From NCBI GenBank assembly GCA_047967505.1, contig CM106538.1: 64,000 nucleotides of DNA; one strand, 5' to 3'. Shown piece by piece: positions 61,547-64,000 of the stretch. The notes beneath the pieces are model-generated. The model was not told the DNA's origin and ran no database searches. It saw only the letters and a list, made by a program, of their open reading frames with translations. The DNA is from Dipteris shenzhenensis (Eukaryota). The position numbers and the translations under genes are program-made. Every line of letters starts with the position of its first letter. Within the stretch, counting starts at the first letter, position 1.

Positions 61547-64000
61547 TGACAAAATATGGAGAGGGGAGAGAAGAAGAGTGGAGATAAGGAGAGAGGGCAC
61601 AGCTAGAGAGCACACCACAAATGACTAACTGTACACTAGATTTAGTTGAAAAAATAGAATATATACAAATCCTTTTAGGGTTAGGGTTAGGGGATCTAAC
61701 CCTTTCCTTTATAGCACTCTATAAGGTTAGTGCTATGCACATATGATCACGTGATGGTGCTATGCACACATGATCACATGATGTTGAGCGTGAACTCTCA
61801 ACACCTTCCCTCAAGATCAACATCATGAAGTAGGACTTCCCTCAAGATGATGATTCTGGGGAATCGAAGAAGGACTGAGCATTACATTCCATCACACCCC
61901 TTTAATGGGAATGTCCTTCCTCTGCATCAAACCAAGAGCTAGTCGGTATTTCTCGAATAGCTCTTTACCGAGTGGTTTGATAAAGATGTCTGCAACATTC
62001 TCTTTGCTATCACAATGCTGCAGTGTGATGTCACCAAGTAACACTCTTTCTCTGATGAAGTGCTCTCTGACATCAATGTGCTTTGTCCTGGAGTGATATA
62101 CTGGATTTTTGGCCAATGCTTGAGCCGATTGATTATCACAGTATATTGTTGTTGGCTTTGACTCATCAAAGTAATCTGTTTCTGACAATAGTCTTCTGAG
62201 CCATATAGCCTCACATGCACCTATAGTGAGTGCTCTATATTCTGCTTCAGTCGAAGACAAAGAAACAATTGGCTGTTTGTTTGAAAACCATGATATAGCA
62301 CCTTGACCAAGGAAAAATGCATATCCCTGTGTCAATCTCCTGGTCTCATGATCTCCAACATAGTCACTATCATAGTATCCATGCAATCGTGGATGACTTC
62401 CTCTGTATTCTATCCCAAACTGTCTTGTACCTCTGATGTACCTCAAGACTCTTTTGGCTGCATTCCAATGAGACTGTTTTGGATTTGCCATAAACTATGC
62501 TAGTGAGCTTACTGCATAACAAATATCTGGCCGTGTGATTGTCAGATATATAAGAGATCCAATGAGCTGCCTGTAGTATCTATCATTGACTGTAGGCTTT
62601 TCTGAATCTTTAGTAAGTTTCAAACTCTGTTCCATGGGAGTGGCTGCAATCTTGCAATCTGCCATATGAAACTTCTTCAGGAGACTGTCAACATACTTGA
62701 GCTAACTCATGAATGTGCTATCTGAATCTCTCCAGAACTCAATTCCAAGACAATAGTGCATAAGTCCAAGATCTTTCATGTCAAACTCTGTAGATAAGTC
62801 TTCTTTTAATTTTCTGATGAAGCTATCCTTGCTTCCTGTCACAATCAGATCATCTACGTACAAAAGTGCAATAGTAATGTCTTCCCCTTGAACTTGGTAG
62901 TAGAGAGTATGATATGCATTGGACTTCATGTATCCCAGATCAGCAAAATACTTGTCAATTCTACTGTACCAACTTCTAGGTGCTTGCTTTAAGCCATAGA
63001 GACTTTTCTTAAAATGGCAAACCTTGTTCTCCTTTCCTGATTCAACATAACCGGCTGGTTGTTGCATGTAGACTTCCTCGTCTAGATAACCATTGAGAAA
63101 TGCATTCTTGACATCGAGCTGATACACATTCCATTTACTGAGTGTTGCTAGTGATATCAAGAACCGTATGGAATCCATCTTTGCTACTGGAGCATAAGTC
63201 TCATCATAATCTTGACCATATTGTTGTGCAAATCCTTTTGCAACTAATCTGGCTTTGTATCTCTGAATACTGCCATCTAGATTATACTTCACTTTGTATA
63301 CCCATTTGTTGGCTATGGCCTTCTTTCCTGGTGGAAGGTCGCATAATTCCCAAGTGTGATTTTTATACAAAGCATCCATTTCTTCATTCATAGCAGTTTG
63401 CCATTCGGGCTTGTCTACTGCATCTTCGAAGTACACTGGCTCTTCTGTAGCCATGATGGTAGTCATAAGAGCATAGTTGGTGGTTTCCACCTAAATTGCT
63501 TTGCCTTTCTGAGCATATGTCAATCTGGCTGGTGGTCTGCTTTCCCTAGTAGACCATCTGAGCTACTGTGGCTTTGCTTGGGGTGTTGTTGGCAATTCTT
63601 GCTCTTCTTCATCAACCTTTTGCGGTTGATGGGATCATACAATTTGTATGCTTTGCTTTCTTACTGTAGCCAACCATGATGCATTTGCGTGACTTCGCAT
63701 CCAATTTCTTGCGATGATCATCATGTATGTGGGCATATGCTATGCAACCAAATATGCGGAGATGCCCAATGCGTGGCTTGTGTCCAGTGAATGCTTCATA
63801 AGGAGTCATACCTTGTATCGGTTTGGTAGGAAGCCGATTAAGCAAATAGTTAGCTGTAGCTATTGCTTCTACCCAATACTGATTCATAAGATGCTTTTCA
63901 CTAAGCATTGCTCTAGCACTATCTGCTAAAGTCACATTCTTCCTTTCAGCTCTTGCATTCTGCTGAGGAGTATCTGCACATGTGAATTGTCTTCGAATGC
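61547..64000 (-). mobile_element. Ty1/copia element D (3' part: integrase, RT, RNase H, 3' LTR) inserted in the CACTA transposase
   Basis: TPQQNARAERKN, KWVYKVK, QLDVKNAFLNG, LYVDDLIV, SLSSTEAEY, RTKHIDVREHF. PPT GAGGGAAGG at 61804-61812. LTR 61547-61803 reads TGTTGAGAGTT...TTTTGTCA on the element strand. Confidence 0.93.

Noticed and set aside
17542-63929. Numerous 60-165-aa ORFs antisense to or out of frame with copia pol regions
   Set aside because: Shadow ORFs of retroelement coding sequence with no independent support.

Overview
A 64-kb block of plant repeat DNA made almost entirely of nested, mostly decayed transposable elements. I see no host gene, RNA gene or CRISPR array. The element types suggest a large non-seed-plant genome such as a fern, but that is inference only. 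From left to right: (1) a decayed Ty3/gypsy pol followed by a long degenerate extra ORF; (2) a second gypsy (G1, +) carrying a 1.9-kb non-coding LTR element, a 5'-truncated LINE and a hAT-type MITE, each with a readable target-site duplication (TSD); (3) a 5'-truncated copia (B); (4) a head-to-tail run of minus-strand gypsy pieces (G2) hit three times in their leaders by one copia family (A1-A3) and once by a Tnt1-like copia (C); (5) a young Gag-only LTR element (TR-GAG type) nested in A1, holding the only clearly intact gene; (6) an unclassified transposase remnant; (7) a CACTA element with its two genes head-to-head; (8) a copia (D) inserted in the CACTA transposase. The most notable observations are four. 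The Gag-only element shares LTR termini and a 3'-UTR/PPT motif with copia D, making them a candidate parasite/helper pair. Copia A inserted three times antisense, 1.1-1.2 kb upstream of G2 gag. A1 and A2 share a ~700-bp identical defective tract despite otherwise diverging. The CACTA genes are divergent. All alignments and mismatch counts were done by eye.
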